A stretch of 63,714 nt of DNA, counting the filler, from Rhabdomonas costata (lineage: Eukaryota), in NCBI GenBank assembly GCA_019059605.1. It is 54 parts of 54 records of this genome, joined end to end, with 100 filler letters (N's around TTAATTAATTAA, not from the genome) between each part and the next. Parts side by side here need not be neighbours in the genome. Positions count along the whole stretch, not along the records: positions 35,456 to 36,536 come from JAHMHO010029578.1; positions 36,637 to 37,718 come from JAHMHO010029579.1; positions 37,819 to 38,900 come from JAHMHO010029580.1; positions 39,001 to 40,083 come from JAHMHO010029581.1; positions 40,184 to 41,265 come from JAHMHO010029582.1; positions 41,366 to 42,445 come from JAHMHO010029583.1; positions 42,546 to 43,627 come from JAHMHO010029584.1; positions 43,728 to 44,809 come from JAHMHO010029585.1; 46 more parts are not named here. One strand, written 5' to 3'. Of this stretch, positions 36,502-48,354 are shown piece after piece. Position 1 is the stretch's first letter. Every line of letters begins with the position of its first letter. The notes beneath the pieces were generated by a model, which worked only from the letters and a program-made list of their open reading frames with translations, made no database searches and had not been told where the DNA came from. The position numbers and the translations under genes were made by a program.

Positions 36502-37359
36502 GTACCCCGGCTCACTCATCAGCCTCCCCCCCCACANNNNNNNNNNNNNNNNNNNNNNNNNNNNNNNNNNNNNNNNNNNNTTAATTAATTAANNNNNNNN
36601 NNNNNNNNNNNNNNNNNNNNNNNNNNNNNNNNNNNNGGGGTTTTGGGAGTGATCGTAGCGACACGACCACATAGCAAAGACATATAATCATCAGCGAAGG
36701 TGGTAAGAGAATTGAAGGCAGAATTCCTGAGCGACATCAAGGCACTCTTTCTTCTTTTACTTTTTTCTTCTGACATCGGCCTCCGAGGCTTCCTTTTGCA
36801 CAATGCTACCATTTGATTCAGCGTCGCATAGTAGTAGCCTTGTGTCATGAGAGAAATCTTGACTCAATACCAGCCCAAAGTAGCGTTCATGTCATCGTTA
36901 CATTGCGCATCTGATGATGATGATGAGTTGGAGTATGGCATGCTCTCTGTTGTGGTGATGGCGTTGATGGGGATAGCTTCACATCTCTATATTGACTCAC
37001 ACCTACATAGACATAACCTTGTGTATGCGATACCATTGTTGCTGTGGCTGGATGCACTATGCCGTTACTTACAACAACTGTGGTAAAGGTGATGCATGGC
37101 ATCTTGCTTTGATGGCTGTGCGTGACATTAGCCATATTGCCACGTTTACTACCATCGAATAGTAGAAAATAACCCTATGCTGCAAATAATTCGCTATGTT
37201 ATGCTACATCTTCCGCTATGGGTTGAAGTATAGCTCTTTACGAACATTGTCGTGGCATGATCCCCACTACTCCACCAATATCACAGTCAACATGTAGAAC
37301 ATAAGATATTCACGTGGCATGAAACTATAGCATACACACTAAGCCTACTGTGCTGGAAT

Positions 37360-37640
37360 CATAGTTGTGTTGTAGCGGCACTGACCGCCAAAGCACAGCC
37401 TATGTCGCCACACTCTCATTGGTGAATAGAAAACACTACGTCTATGACATCTTACAAGCTGGTAGTAGGCAGCCAATATGCACTGCCACCATGGACATTG
37501 TAGTATTAGTCTCCACTGTCAGTCCATAGCCTACCATGCGAAGCATGAAACTATCACTATTGTAACCACGCCGATGGGTTGGTATGCATAGCCGTCATGT
37601 TGATATGGTGGTATGTCATACAACTGACTTATTACATAAC
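37360..37640 (+). pseudogene. Possible heavily decayed PIF/Harbinger-like transposase
   Basis: Broken frames give QSIAY..KH and VTT(P)DGLV pieces in the order expected around the Harbinger DDE core. Many stops and indels. Confidence 0.25.
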
Positions 37641-37931
37641 GCCCTACAATGGTCATTGTGGCTCACCAAACATACCCCAGGTGTGTATCTTGGGTCCTGA
37701 GCTACTACACACCCCCCCNNNNNNNNNNNNNNNNNNNNNNNNNNNNNNNNNNNNNNNNNNNNTTAATTAATTAANNNNNNNNNNNNNNNNNNNNNNNNNN
37801 NNNNNNNNNNNNNNNNNNGGGTTGGGGGTCAATGTACATCTAGTGTCTTCTTTGGAAAGTCTTACAGAGGCTCCACGAGTGGTCGGTCATCTGTACTGCC
37901 TGCCTCTGGGCTCCGCTGTTTACCGGCACAG

Positions 37932-38900
37932 TGACTGTATTGTTTGATGTCCTTGGCTCAGCGGACGTGACAATCCTTTTCGAGCAGCTCAGCGGCAACC
38001 GTGTGGAGGTCTCCCGCGCCCTGCTGCTCTCCAGCAAATTTCCGGCGTTGCTGGCATTGGTGACCAGCAGCGAGCTGGAGATCACAGAGCAGGTGTGTTT
38101 TAATGGTTGTTCACATTTAATATACCGTTCGATCTGAGTTGTTGCCTTTGGGTTGAGCTTCTGGTGCTGTAGGCAGTCGTCGCTACTCAGACTGGTCCTC
38201 TTTGTCGGCTCCATTGCTTCAGGTTCTGCAGGCGCTGTTGTTGGCCTCATCGGTGTCCACTTCGGAAGAGTTCAAAAGCTCCTTCATACTGGTTTGTGCA
38301 TTCGCTACCCGTGCGTCGGGGTGTTGTGCGAGGGAAAGATTCAGGGGAATCTTGCCGTCGGTAAGGCCGACGGTTGCCCTGTGCCCCGGACATATTTGTC
38401 GACGTCGTGAACTTTGAGACCAACCCTCAATTCCTTCTTTAAAGGGTTTGCATTTCACACCAAGAAACTAAATTTGCTGCCAGGGTTTAAGTCTGCCAGA
38501 TTTTAAAGCTAACTTGCAGAATTTCTCCCTCACGAACGGTACACCCAAAGCAACCTTTTAAGCCACTCTCGCCACTCTCTTAACTGTCATAAGTAGTGTG
38601 AACAGAGAAAAACCGCAAGCGGTTGGCATGGGTTCCGCATAAACTACCAAGAGATTGGAGGGGCGACATTCTCATTCCCACCCCCATGTGGCCCATTCGG
38701 GAATCAGATCCGCAACACGGTCCTGGCGCTGGTAGTTTGCGTTTGCATACCTTCCACGCCGTGCACCGAGACGGTGCAGCGGGTGTTGCGACTGTCGGCC
38801 CTTCTGCTGAGGCTGGTGTCGGAGCGCACCCTGCATGCCGCGGCCACCCCGTCGGACCTCCGGGCCTTGCCCGCGGCCATGGCCTATGTTCAAAACCACC
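37932..38900 (+). CDS. Exons (~37932-38092, 38223-38291, ~38780-38900) of a Leu-rich helical, ARM/HEAT-like protein
   Basis: FPALLALVTSSELEITEQ|VLQALLL is an ARM-like helix pattern. Donors GTGTGT and GTTTGT, phase 0. Confidence 0.5.
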
Positions 38901-39194
38901 NNNNNNNNNNNNNNNNNNNNNNNNNNNNNNNNNNNNNNNNNNNNTTAATTAATTAANNNNNNNNNNNNNNNNNNNNNNNNNNNNNNNNNNNNNNNNNNNN
39001 GGGGTTGTGGAAATAAGAAAAATAAAAAATTTTAAAAATATTCTTGAAATTTTAAATTTTTTATTTTTTGTAAATAAAATAAGTTTAAAAAAATATTTTT
39101 TTAAATTTATTTTTAATTATTTTAATTAAAGGACTTAAAGAATTTAAAAATGTCATAATGACGTTATTTTTATATAAAAAAAATAAAAAGATGA

Positions 39195-39992
39195 TTATGT
39201 TGAATTAAATGTTTTAGTTGTACTCAAAATAAATCCAAGATAAATAAAATTTTTAAAAGAATTAATTGTCTTTTCATATCTAGATCTTATTTTTCTAAAT
39301 AATTTCAATCTAGAAAAAACATTTTCTATTTTGTATCTATGTTGATCCAAAATTAAAAATTCTTCTTCCGTATTTTGTATCAACATATTTTCTCTTTTAT
39401 ACGTTATAACTTCAACGTTATGATTCGTCAATAATTGCTTATGTGAATGACTGTTGATATATCCTTTATCGCCCAATAATGTTACATTTTTTATAAATTC
39501 AAGAGGTAACATCACGTTATTAAAAGAATCTAAAATAGTAGTTGAATCATGTTGGTTTGCAGGATATGCTGTTATACTTAAAGGAACACCTTCTTCATTA
39601 CATATGACTGATATTTTAACTGATCTTTTTTTATTATTGAAATACCATCCAAGTAAATCAATACCGAATAAATTACAAATAATAGATGAGTCAATAATTA
39701 AAATAAATTTATTTTTTCTATTAGAATATCTTTTACTTGCATATTTAAATAATAATTCCTTATATGTAAGCTCAAATATTTTACCTTTTTCCCACTTTTT
39801 GTAGACCTTAAAAATAGTCGAATAATGATTTTTTGGTAATTTATTAGTAATTAAAGGATTTTCAGTTACACCTCTCCAAGAAACCTCATATTTTAAACAA
39901 TAAACGATCGTGTTTAAGAAATATTCTTTTGAAAATTTAGATTTTCGTCCATTTGGGAATACTCGATCAATTATTTTAAAAATGTGATTCAT
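39195..39992 (-). mobile_element. IS5-family DDE transposase, intact intronless ORF on a very AT-rich contig
   Basis: N-terminal WR motif and HTH, then IIDSS (D), KIS.IC...G.PL, ANQHD, GDKGY (D) and RYKIENVFSRLK.FRKI.SRYEK (E). ATG at 39992. No convincing TIR pair within the contig. Confidence 0.88.
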
Positions 39993-40184
39993 TAACAAAA
40001 AAATATATTTAATGTTTTAAATATATTTTTAATAAATTAAAATTTATTAAAAATATTTAAGAAAATCCTTAATTCCACAAACCNNNNNNNNNNNNNNNNN
40101 NNNNNNNNNNNNNNNNNNNNNNNNNNNTTAATTAATTAANNNNNNNNNNNNNNNNNNNNNNNNNNNNNNNNNNNNNNNNNNNNT

Positions 40185-41024
40185 TGTTTTTGTAATGTTT
40201 CTGTTTGTGTAATTCCACATGCAGCAGCACCGTCCACACAAGAATCATCAGGTTCACTTCCACATGTTGCAATTACACAAACAGAAATATTACAAGAAGA
40301 AGATAAATTACAACAAATAGAACCAACTAAGGAAGAAACAACATATAATTTTAATGATATATTAGATTTGTTACGTAGAAGTGACAAAAAACATAAGACA
40401 TCAGACATTGCATTTCGTATTAATATTGTTGTAAAACCAGATGATAAGAAAAAACAAGTAAAATCTAATGATTTTAAGAATATAGAAGAATTAAATCAAC
40501 GATGCCTAGATGTTAAAGTAACAAGTTTAGAAGATATTAAAGATTTACCAACAAATGCACAAAATACAGGAATAACAGAATATCCTAAATATATCGGTAT
40601 TGTTAATTATGGAAGTGAAAATAATATTGGATTTGATAGTTTTGGTAAATTTCTAACAAATCTTAAAACGGCTATCACAGTAACATATAATGAAAAACGA
40701 AACACTATTAATAAAAAATATTCAGCTCAAATAAAACTTTTATTATCAGATTGTATTAAAAGTATTAAAGGTGTTGAAGAAAATAAATATTTACATCATA
40801 ATCTGATTTATACAAATCCAAATGATATTAAATTTGAAAAAACAAAAGAAATGTTTGAAACGTTACCTCATTTATTTGATTCATATATTGATGCAACAAC
40901 AATGACCATTAATACATATAAAGGCGATGTTTTAAATGCAGTATCAAAATTATATGAAGACGGCAAAAAAGTATGTATTGCTACAACAAAATCACGTTAT
41001 ATTAAATCGGAAGATGAAGATTAA
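40185..41024 (+). CDS. 5'-truncated intronless AT-rich ORF of unknown function
   Basis: The frame is open from the contig start for 279 codons, with K/N/I-rich composition and A/T-ending codons unlike the host exons. Confidence 0.6.
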   Translation, partial: CFCNVSVCVIPHAAAPSTQESSGSLPHVAITQTEILQEEDKLQQIEPTKEETTYNFNDILDLLRRSDKKHKTSDIAFRINIVVKPDDKKKQVKSNDFKNIEELNQRCLDVKVTSLEDIKDLPTNAQNTGITEYPKYIGIVNYGSENNIGFDSFGKFLTNLKTAITVTYNEKRNTINKKYSAQIKLLLSDCIKSIKGVEENKYLHHNLIYTNPNDIKFEKTKEMFETLPHLFDSYIDATTMTINTYKGDVLNAVSKLYEDGKKVCIATTKSRYIKSEDED

Positions 41025-41116
41025 AAACAGTGATCTTGCCTTTTAATATTTTATTAACACCAATTACACTTATCGACAATGCCGTAGTTGGCGGTCAACC
41101 CATTTGTAAATTGTCA

Positions 41117-41265
41117 ATGAATATTAATGAATCTATGCCACATAATCATATTGAATTCTGTAGACATGCTATTTCTAAAATGTTAAAAGTTTTACCAAAT
41201 GAAATTTATTTTATATCTGGTGCTACTGAATCTAATAATATTTTTATTCAAGGTATTATTAATTA
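41117..41265 (+). CDS. Cysteine desulfurase (NifS/IscS-like) fragment, N-terminus atypical, cut by the contig end
   Basis: IEFCRHAISKMLKVLPNEIYFISGATESNNIFIQGII matches the class-V PLP motif EIxFTSGATESNN. Confidence 0.75.
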
Positions 41266-42653
41266 NNNNNNNNNNNNNNNNNNNNNNNNNNNNNNNNNNN
41301 NNNNNNNNNTTAATTAATTAANNNNNNNNNNNNNNNNNNNNNNNNNNNNNNNNNNNNNNNNNNNNATACCCATGAAGAGAAGCGTTGCAGTGCAGATGTG
41401 GATGTGTTTGTGAGATGCAATTTACGCAATTTGTATGAAACTTGTGTGTATTCCTTTGAAAATTATTCCGCATATTTGGAGAAGGTGACTAGCAAGTGTT
41501 TGGTGGTGTTAGATAGTACCACAGTGTGGATAAATGCAGTGCAGTGGATTTCAGATCAGTGCAATACAAAAATACAATGCAGATACAACGCATTATTACA
41601 GAGATTACAGATGGACGACAAAGTGAGTGGAGACGGAAGTCAAATCTTAGCCTCTCGCTACTTGAAAACAGCTGAGCAATAAAGCAGAGCAGAGTAGGGC
41701 TATGTTAGAGACTTTTGGCGTGATTCAATGTGGTGTGTGTTTGTAGTTTTTCATAGAACGAAGGATGTACAAGCAGTGTTTTTCAGAGGTTTCACAGGTG
41801 AATGAGACGAGAGGGCCTATACATATAGATGATTTTCAGAGACAGTGTTTCAGCGGAGGCAGGTGGAGTTTGGTGGACTTTTTGTCAAAAATTTTGAATC
41901 ACTTTAGGTACAAGTAATCAAAAAGTTGTGGTGTTGTTGCTTTTTCAAGGGTGTTTTACAGTTCTTCTGATTTACACTCCTGTTTTTACAGCGTTGTCTA
42001 AAAAGAACAGCGCAGCCGCAAGCCAGAGACGAGACTAGCGGAGACCGGAGACCACAGGAAGAGGTTACTAGGCCAGTGTGAGTAAGCAGTCTGTGGGCGC
42101 TTCCACATCCCCCTTTTTCTTTGGGAAATGGGTTATCCATAATCGGCAAGACCCGCAAAACTTTGACCCACCTGAGTCTGGTGAATCATTCCAGATCCAA
42201 ATGGCGTCTTTTCCTACCTTATGTTTTGCAGAATCTTTTCACCAAAATGTTTCAGATTCCAACACGGCTGGTAAATGCAAGTGGTTCCGCGGCTCCATTA
42301 TCAAAATGCTACGCTACAGGAAAGGAGCACAGCAGCGACCCAGGTAAGCGAAGAAGCGAAGCCGATGTCTAGATGCAAGTCATTTACAACGGTCCTCCTA
42401 AGTCAGGAACAGATTCATCTCCCCCGGCCAAGATTCACACCAACCNNNNNNNNNNNNNNNNNNNNNNNNNNNNNNNNNNNNNNNNNNNNTTAATTAATTA
42501 ANNNNNNNNNNNNNNNNNNNNNNNNNNNNNNNNNNNNNNNNNNNNATGACAAACGCACAGAAATCGATCCAGAAACAGAACTTTCGGTTTCAATTTGCTT
42601 GCGCACGATTTTGCAATGGTGGTGTACCAATCCACACATACACACAAATGCAC

Positions 42654-43625
42654 CCGGAGCTCCCTTCCTGAATTTGGTGGCGGCGGCCGCTGGGCATAAG
42701 AGCACGGAGACGGAGAGAGAGATGCATGCGCGGACGTACCGGGGTACCAAACTCCAAGCCCCGTGGGCCCGTCGTAACCAGGCCCCGCATTGCACACCAG
42801 ACACACCGAAGCTCCGTTGCATATCGAGGTGTCCACGGGAACGTTCATGGTAAACTCACTGCACGAAAGGGGAATCGGATAGGGTCCTGTTGTGATGTCC
42901 ACATGCGTGCTGGAACTTGAGAACGGTGAAGTGGCGGAGTAAGGCCAAGCATAATCCACGGAGGCATGCCCAGTAATGGCAAATATCGTCGCGACGATGG
43001 GAGTGGAAATGCTGGTGCCATGGGTAACTAGCCACCCTTTGTCTCCGTTGAAGAACCAGACGTTGGAAGCCACCGCGGAGACGTCGGCTAAGGTCCTTGC
43101 GGGACAACCCACGTTCGGTTGGCCGCTCAGGCGGGGGTAATTCTGCAGGGTGCACCCACAGCCTGAGCCAGTCCACGCCGTCTCGTCCCATCCTCGTGCA
43201 TTGCCCGCGTGAGTGAGAGTCGTTCCACCAACGGAGATCACATTGGGGTAGGTTGCCGGGGCCGGGACACCCGCGCCTCTCGCACTCGAGCCAGAACCGT
43301 AAGTGCTCTGGCCCCAGTCGCCCGAGCTTGCAAACAAGGCCACGGTGTTGCCGGAAGGACCGGTGTTGTTAGAGCAAGCCTGCTGCAGGACCCCGCCGGG
43401 GTTCGGTACAATACAGAAGCTCATGGAGACAACTGTCGCTCTTTTCAACGCCTCCTTAAGCGCAAGGGTAACATCTTTCTCTTCCGGGGAGTCGGCCACA
43501 ACGAGCAGAATATTGCAGGACGGGCACGCCGCACTTACCATCTGAAGGTCCGTGTTGATTTCTGCCTGGGCTTTGGCTTGAACGTTGGCGTCGGAGGTAC
43601 ATGATGTTCCTGTGACGCCAACCAA
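42654..43625 (-). CDS. Sedolisin-like serine peptidase (S53), bacterial type, 5'-truncated
   Basis: EINTD (Glu/Asp), MVSAACPSCNILLV, ASSGD (oxyanion Asp), PA..PNVISVGGT, DVSAVA, GTSISTP (Ser) and GPGYDGPTGLG. Probable donor GTGCAT at 42653. Confidence 0.9.
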
Positions 43626-44175
43626 AANNNNNNNNNNNNNNNNNNNNNNNNNNNNNNNNNNNNNNNNNNNNTTAATTAATTAANNNNNNNNNNNNNNNNN
43701 NNNNNNNNNNNNNNNNNNNNNNNNNNNTTTGGTGAAAACAATACGCTTCACACCACTAAAATGTGTTAAAAGTGCTTTTTTGTTAGTTGGTATTCTTCTT
43801 TAGGATCTTTCACCAGCCTTTTGGTATTGGTCTTAGTGTTCCAATTGGTATTTCAATTCAAACCCCGAGGATTGGCACCCCAAGGGGACGTGGCGCGAAG
43901 ACCGAAGTATACTCGAGATCTGCTGTGCAGTGCTCCTTTTTCCATTCCCCCGGCCATCCTCGTTCGCGTCTCCAAGTTTGTACAAAAAGTGCAGGTCAAG
44001 CAGAGTATTTGAGTTGCGAAGTGAAATCCCAATTATCTCAAGGCCAAGGACTGGTTCCCTGGCACCATGAGCGGAAACAAAACCAACCTACTCCAAACCC
44101 TATTTTCAGCGATGGCGCGCGATGGGTACCCGAGAAGGCGCACGAGTCGACACACGGCGCGCAACACACACACAT

Positions 44176-44241
44176 ACACACTCACTCACACTCACACTCA
44201 CATTCACACTCACACTCACACTCACACTCACACTCACACTC
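44176..44241 (+). repeat. (CACACT)n microsatellite
   Basis: Tandem hexamers with one variant unit. Confidence 0.9.
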
Positions 44242-44909
44242 ATTCACTCACTCATCGGTTTACCCTCAGTCAAGTACACAAGCAAAAGGACCCACTCTGT
44301 GCGCCAAAAATCCCCGGTTCCAACAAAGGGAGAGAAGTAAGGGAAAGGGGCATCTCCACTACTTCTCAGATGAAGCAAAAGCCCGCGCCCAAGCCATCCC
44401 CCCTCACCGTTACAGTAGCCGCTCGAATATATTTGTTCTCTCACAGAATGTCTACAGTTTGGGGAAAAGGTGATTACAGGGAGCAACAGGAGCACCAAAA
44501 GACCTGAGGAAAAGGAAGGTATGAAGGGGTATGGAGACCACAGCCAAGCATCCCAAAGCAAGCGCACCCCTGCGCCTGCACTCCACAGCACACCGTAACG
44601 AGTGGCATCCTCTAATGAGTAAGTAGCGACCTCGGACCCAGGCGGCTGGAGTCTTCTTGTTGAAGCCCGAGAGCCCAGGCCAGAGCAGAGAGCAGGGACC
44701 ACCAACCCAAAGCTAGCTATTGGAGGGGAGGGATGAGTAGCAAACCAGTGAATCCTGGGGAGGTTGCTTTCGAAACGGAAAACCCAACGGGGGGGATAAC
44801 CAACACACANNNNNNNNNNNNNNNNNNNNNNNNNNNNNNNNNNNNNNNNNNNNTTAATTAATTAANNNNNNNNNNNNNNNNNNNNNNNNNNNNNNNNNNN
44901 NNNNNNNNN

Positions 44910-45991
44910 CTGGCCAAGGCCCAGAACTACCTCCACTGTCCCTGCTGCAACCGAGTCACGAAGTGCATGCTGCTTCCTTTTCTCCCAGGGCCACCACCTC
45001 TCTCGATCTGTCTTCGCAGTCCCCATATACCCCTTTTGGTGGCAGTGTTATGGGAAGCATTGCTACCCTCGGGCAGCCGGTGCGCACTCTCATTTCCGTA
45101 GAATCGTGTGTCCCTATGTCAAACGTGGGCTCACAGTTTTTTTGTGCAAAATCTAACAGCCAATTTTTTTTGCACGGGCAAGGACTGTGTGGTGGTGGTG
45201 GTAGCAGCAAATTAGAAGGATGAATGAAGGCATCTAAAGGTAGAAGGCACATAACCCATAAACAAGTGCAACAGACAAAGTTCAAATTTGGCAGAGAGGT
45301 GCTCAGCGCTGGACTCTATTATTATTATTATTATTAATTTGGGTTCCGCTATGAGATTATTTCTGGTGGGCTTGTTTGCCTTTGCCACAGCGACCTGGCC
45401 ATGCACTTCGGGGATGACCACCCTGAGCTGCATTGCCGAGATCCCGAGTGCCAGTGCTGCACTGCATGCTGTGAGGGCCACGACCACACCCCTAACCCCT
45501 CCGCTGACCCCGAGAAGACACCGAAGGCCTCCACCAAGAAAACCCCCACCACTGCTTCAGGTACGCAGCAGGAGCCCGAGCCCAAGCCGAAGTTCAACCT
45601 CTGGAAGCACTTCGTGGAGAAGCACTACCGCCCACAGCCTCAGTCGGAGGGAGGTTCTGAGATGGGCCTGGCTGCTACAGCAGAAGCCACTGCCTCGACG
45701 CAACCCAAGGACCATGAGCAAGCCAAAGCCGCGCCTCGATCCACAGACAAGCCCACGACTCAGCCTTCTCCCGAGCCAACTGCACTCCCCGACAGCCCCC
45801 CAGAAGCTGATGCACAAGCCTCTCCCGAGAAGGACAGCGCTGCAGGGCAGGGCAGTGCGCCTGCGCCGGGCAAGGCTGGGAAGACCGATGAGCAGAGGGA
45901 CAAGGAGAAGGCTGAGGTGGACGCGCAGAAGAAATCCTTCGAGGAGTGGTTTGTGAGGACCCACACTGTGAAGTTGGAGCACCCCACCACC
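44910..45991 (+). CDS. Zinc-finger / low-complexity protein, exons 44910-44962 and 45391->45991
   Basis: The phase-2 join (AA|GTGCAT...cacag|C) builds HCPCCNRVT-N-DLAMHFGDDH, a C2H2-like finger. Cys-rich and Pro/Ala/Glu/Lys-rich segments follow. Confidence 0.6.
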
Positions 45992-48183
45992 NNNNNNNNN
46001 NNNNNNNNNNNNNNNNNNNNNNNNNNNNNNNNNNNTTAATTAATTAANNNNNNNNNNNNNNNNNNNNNNNNNNNNNNNNNNNNNNNNNNNNGGTTTGGTG
46101 GATCAAGCCCTGTTTGATGTTGTGTGTTATCTCCTTGTCCTGGCATCCTGGAATCTTTGTGGCTCGCGGTGTGAGCCAGAGTGGTGGCGTTGGCATCAGG
46201 GCATGGCATTTGGCATGACTGCATCAACCCATGGGTCTGTTCCCATGGTCATGCTGTAGGTGTGTGGTTCAATGGGCTCTGTGCTGATGTGGACGTGGAT
46301 GCCGACGGTGGGTGTCATCATCCTGTGATCGTGGCCATGCATCGAGTGGTAAGTGGAAGGCCCTCTCGCTCTTGGATGTGTGGTGATGCCAAGGAAGTAC
46401 GCCCAGGCACCCAAGCCACCAAGTCGTGATCATGTGTCACAAAAGGCCTCTGGGTGGGTGTTCTTCCTCTGTGGTAGTGGTGGTACGCATCGATGCCTCT
46501 ATGCTCTGTGGTTGTGGTTCCTCCTCCTCATTGTGTAGAGTGGGTGTTGGTGCGTAGAAGAACCCCTACTGCAGATGGCCATGGAGTGACTTTGAGGGCA
46601 TAATGAATGATAGCCACAACCATCCTCCATAAACCCAGTGGCAACGCTAGGTCGGGGGAAACGTAACCACCCCACGGTGGTGGAGTGACTGTAGGGACAC
46701 GTATAGATGCTGACTGATGGACGAGTGAACGGATGCACCTTATGGTGGCGAATTGAATGACGTAAAAACGAGTGTTGAGTTGAGGGGTTCTGAGTTCTGA
46801 GTTATTGAGTTCTGGGGTTGAGGGCCCATCCCCACCTACGCATGATGAATGGTGGAAGATGGCTACCAAAATGCGGATGTGAAAAGTGATGAGTGGGGGT
46901 GGGGGTGATGGTGGTCGTCGTGATACTCGCTATGCTCGTATCACTTCCTAGATGAGAGAGAATGGGAGGCGTGAGCGGACCTGATAAAGTAAATAAGGCT
47001 TGCTCCACCCGGAAACTGAGAGATTAGTCTGTAACATTCCGAACAAAAGTCTTTTCACCCTGTTTTAAGCCGCTGGTCTCAAAAATGTAGTGTACGTGGA
47101 GATAAGCGCAGCCCGTAGATGAGGGTTTGACCTGGGAGGCAAAATACGGTAATGGAAAGGAGGTTTGCGCGCCNNNNNNNNNNNNNNNNNNNNNNNNNNN
47201 NNNNNNNNNNNNNNNNNTTAATTAATTAANNNNNNNNNNNNNNNNNNNNNNNNNNNNNNNNNNNNNNNNNNNNGTTGTTGTGTGCCCTGTCAACAGGTTG
47301 ATAAAGTCGGGGTGAATCTTACCCCGGAGTTGCTTGGGCTCTGCTGAGGCTGCCACAATCTCAGCCTGACATAACGACAAAGAGACGAGCCAGCAATGAC
47401 AAGGTGGGGATTTCTAAGACCACAGGCCGGATGGACGCGATGCTTCTCAGGGTCACATCCCAGCCTCGCTGCACGACTCGACCGTTCGTCTGATGAGTGT
47501 CGTCTCACTGCTCTACAGCGCATGCTGCGTTTTTGACTCTGCTGTTGCTACGGTCTGTTAGTGTTTCGTGTTTAGTGTTCATTTGTCCCAGGAGACACTT
47601 TTGAGCATTAGCGTGTTGTTTCGAGATATATTTGTCGGACCGCACATCGATGACCCAAAATAAGCCTGAAGTAGTTTCCCCCAGCAAACAAAACACAAAA
47701 CTGCCAGTGGCCCTCAAAACCCATGTTTCGTACCCACGTACCTACTTAGTTATGCGTTCTTCCTCCATCGCAGTATAGGACTGCTTCCCTGCGTCCAACT
47801 TCGTGCCAAGGAAATATTGTTTTCGGGGTAAAAGTAGTTCAGGATGCGGGAGAAAGTGGGATCCACGGTCAACTTGTTCATGTTTCCGGGGCAAGCGAAA
47901 AGGGTGCCATGCCGAAATTTTTCTTTGCTTTTTCTTTGGTTAGTAGAAGATGTATCGAGCTCAGCCATGGCTCTCAGCACCGCAGTGTCTCCGCGTACAT
48001 ACACTTTACCGTGCTTCAGCCAGACGCATCTTGCTCAAAGGTGATCCTGATCGGTGCGCTGTTTCCGGGCAAACATTTGTGGCAGCCAGAAATGACGATT
48101 AATTAAATGAGGGAGAACTAAATCAACGCAGCCTGAATCCCCTTATTGCCCTTCCACTCCTTCACCGATATTTCCGGGCATAC

Positions 48184-48354
48184 CACCCTGTGTCGGCACT
48201 CCTCAGGGCGCAGCCCAGGCTCCAGCAGGTGGTCTACGTTATCCCAAAACAACCTCGGGGTCAGCCCCAGGGACCAAGCCTGGTGGTCGTCTCCGGCCCC
48301 CTGGACGTAGGTCCAGCCCTGGCGGCACGGCACCCTGGGCCCCCACACACCCAC
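48184..48354 (-). CDS. RIT1: Exon of initiator-tRNA A64 2'-O-ribosylphosphate transferase (Rit1)
   Basis: YVQGAGDDHQAWSLGLTPRLFWDN matches the Rit1 motif YxQGAxDDHExWxxGLTPxLFW. Donor GTATGC. Confidence 0.85.

Noticed and set aside
39001..41265. Apparent transposase-orphan-NifS gene cluster
   Set aside because: A spacer (40084-40183) separates the two contigs, so their adjacency carries no linkage information.
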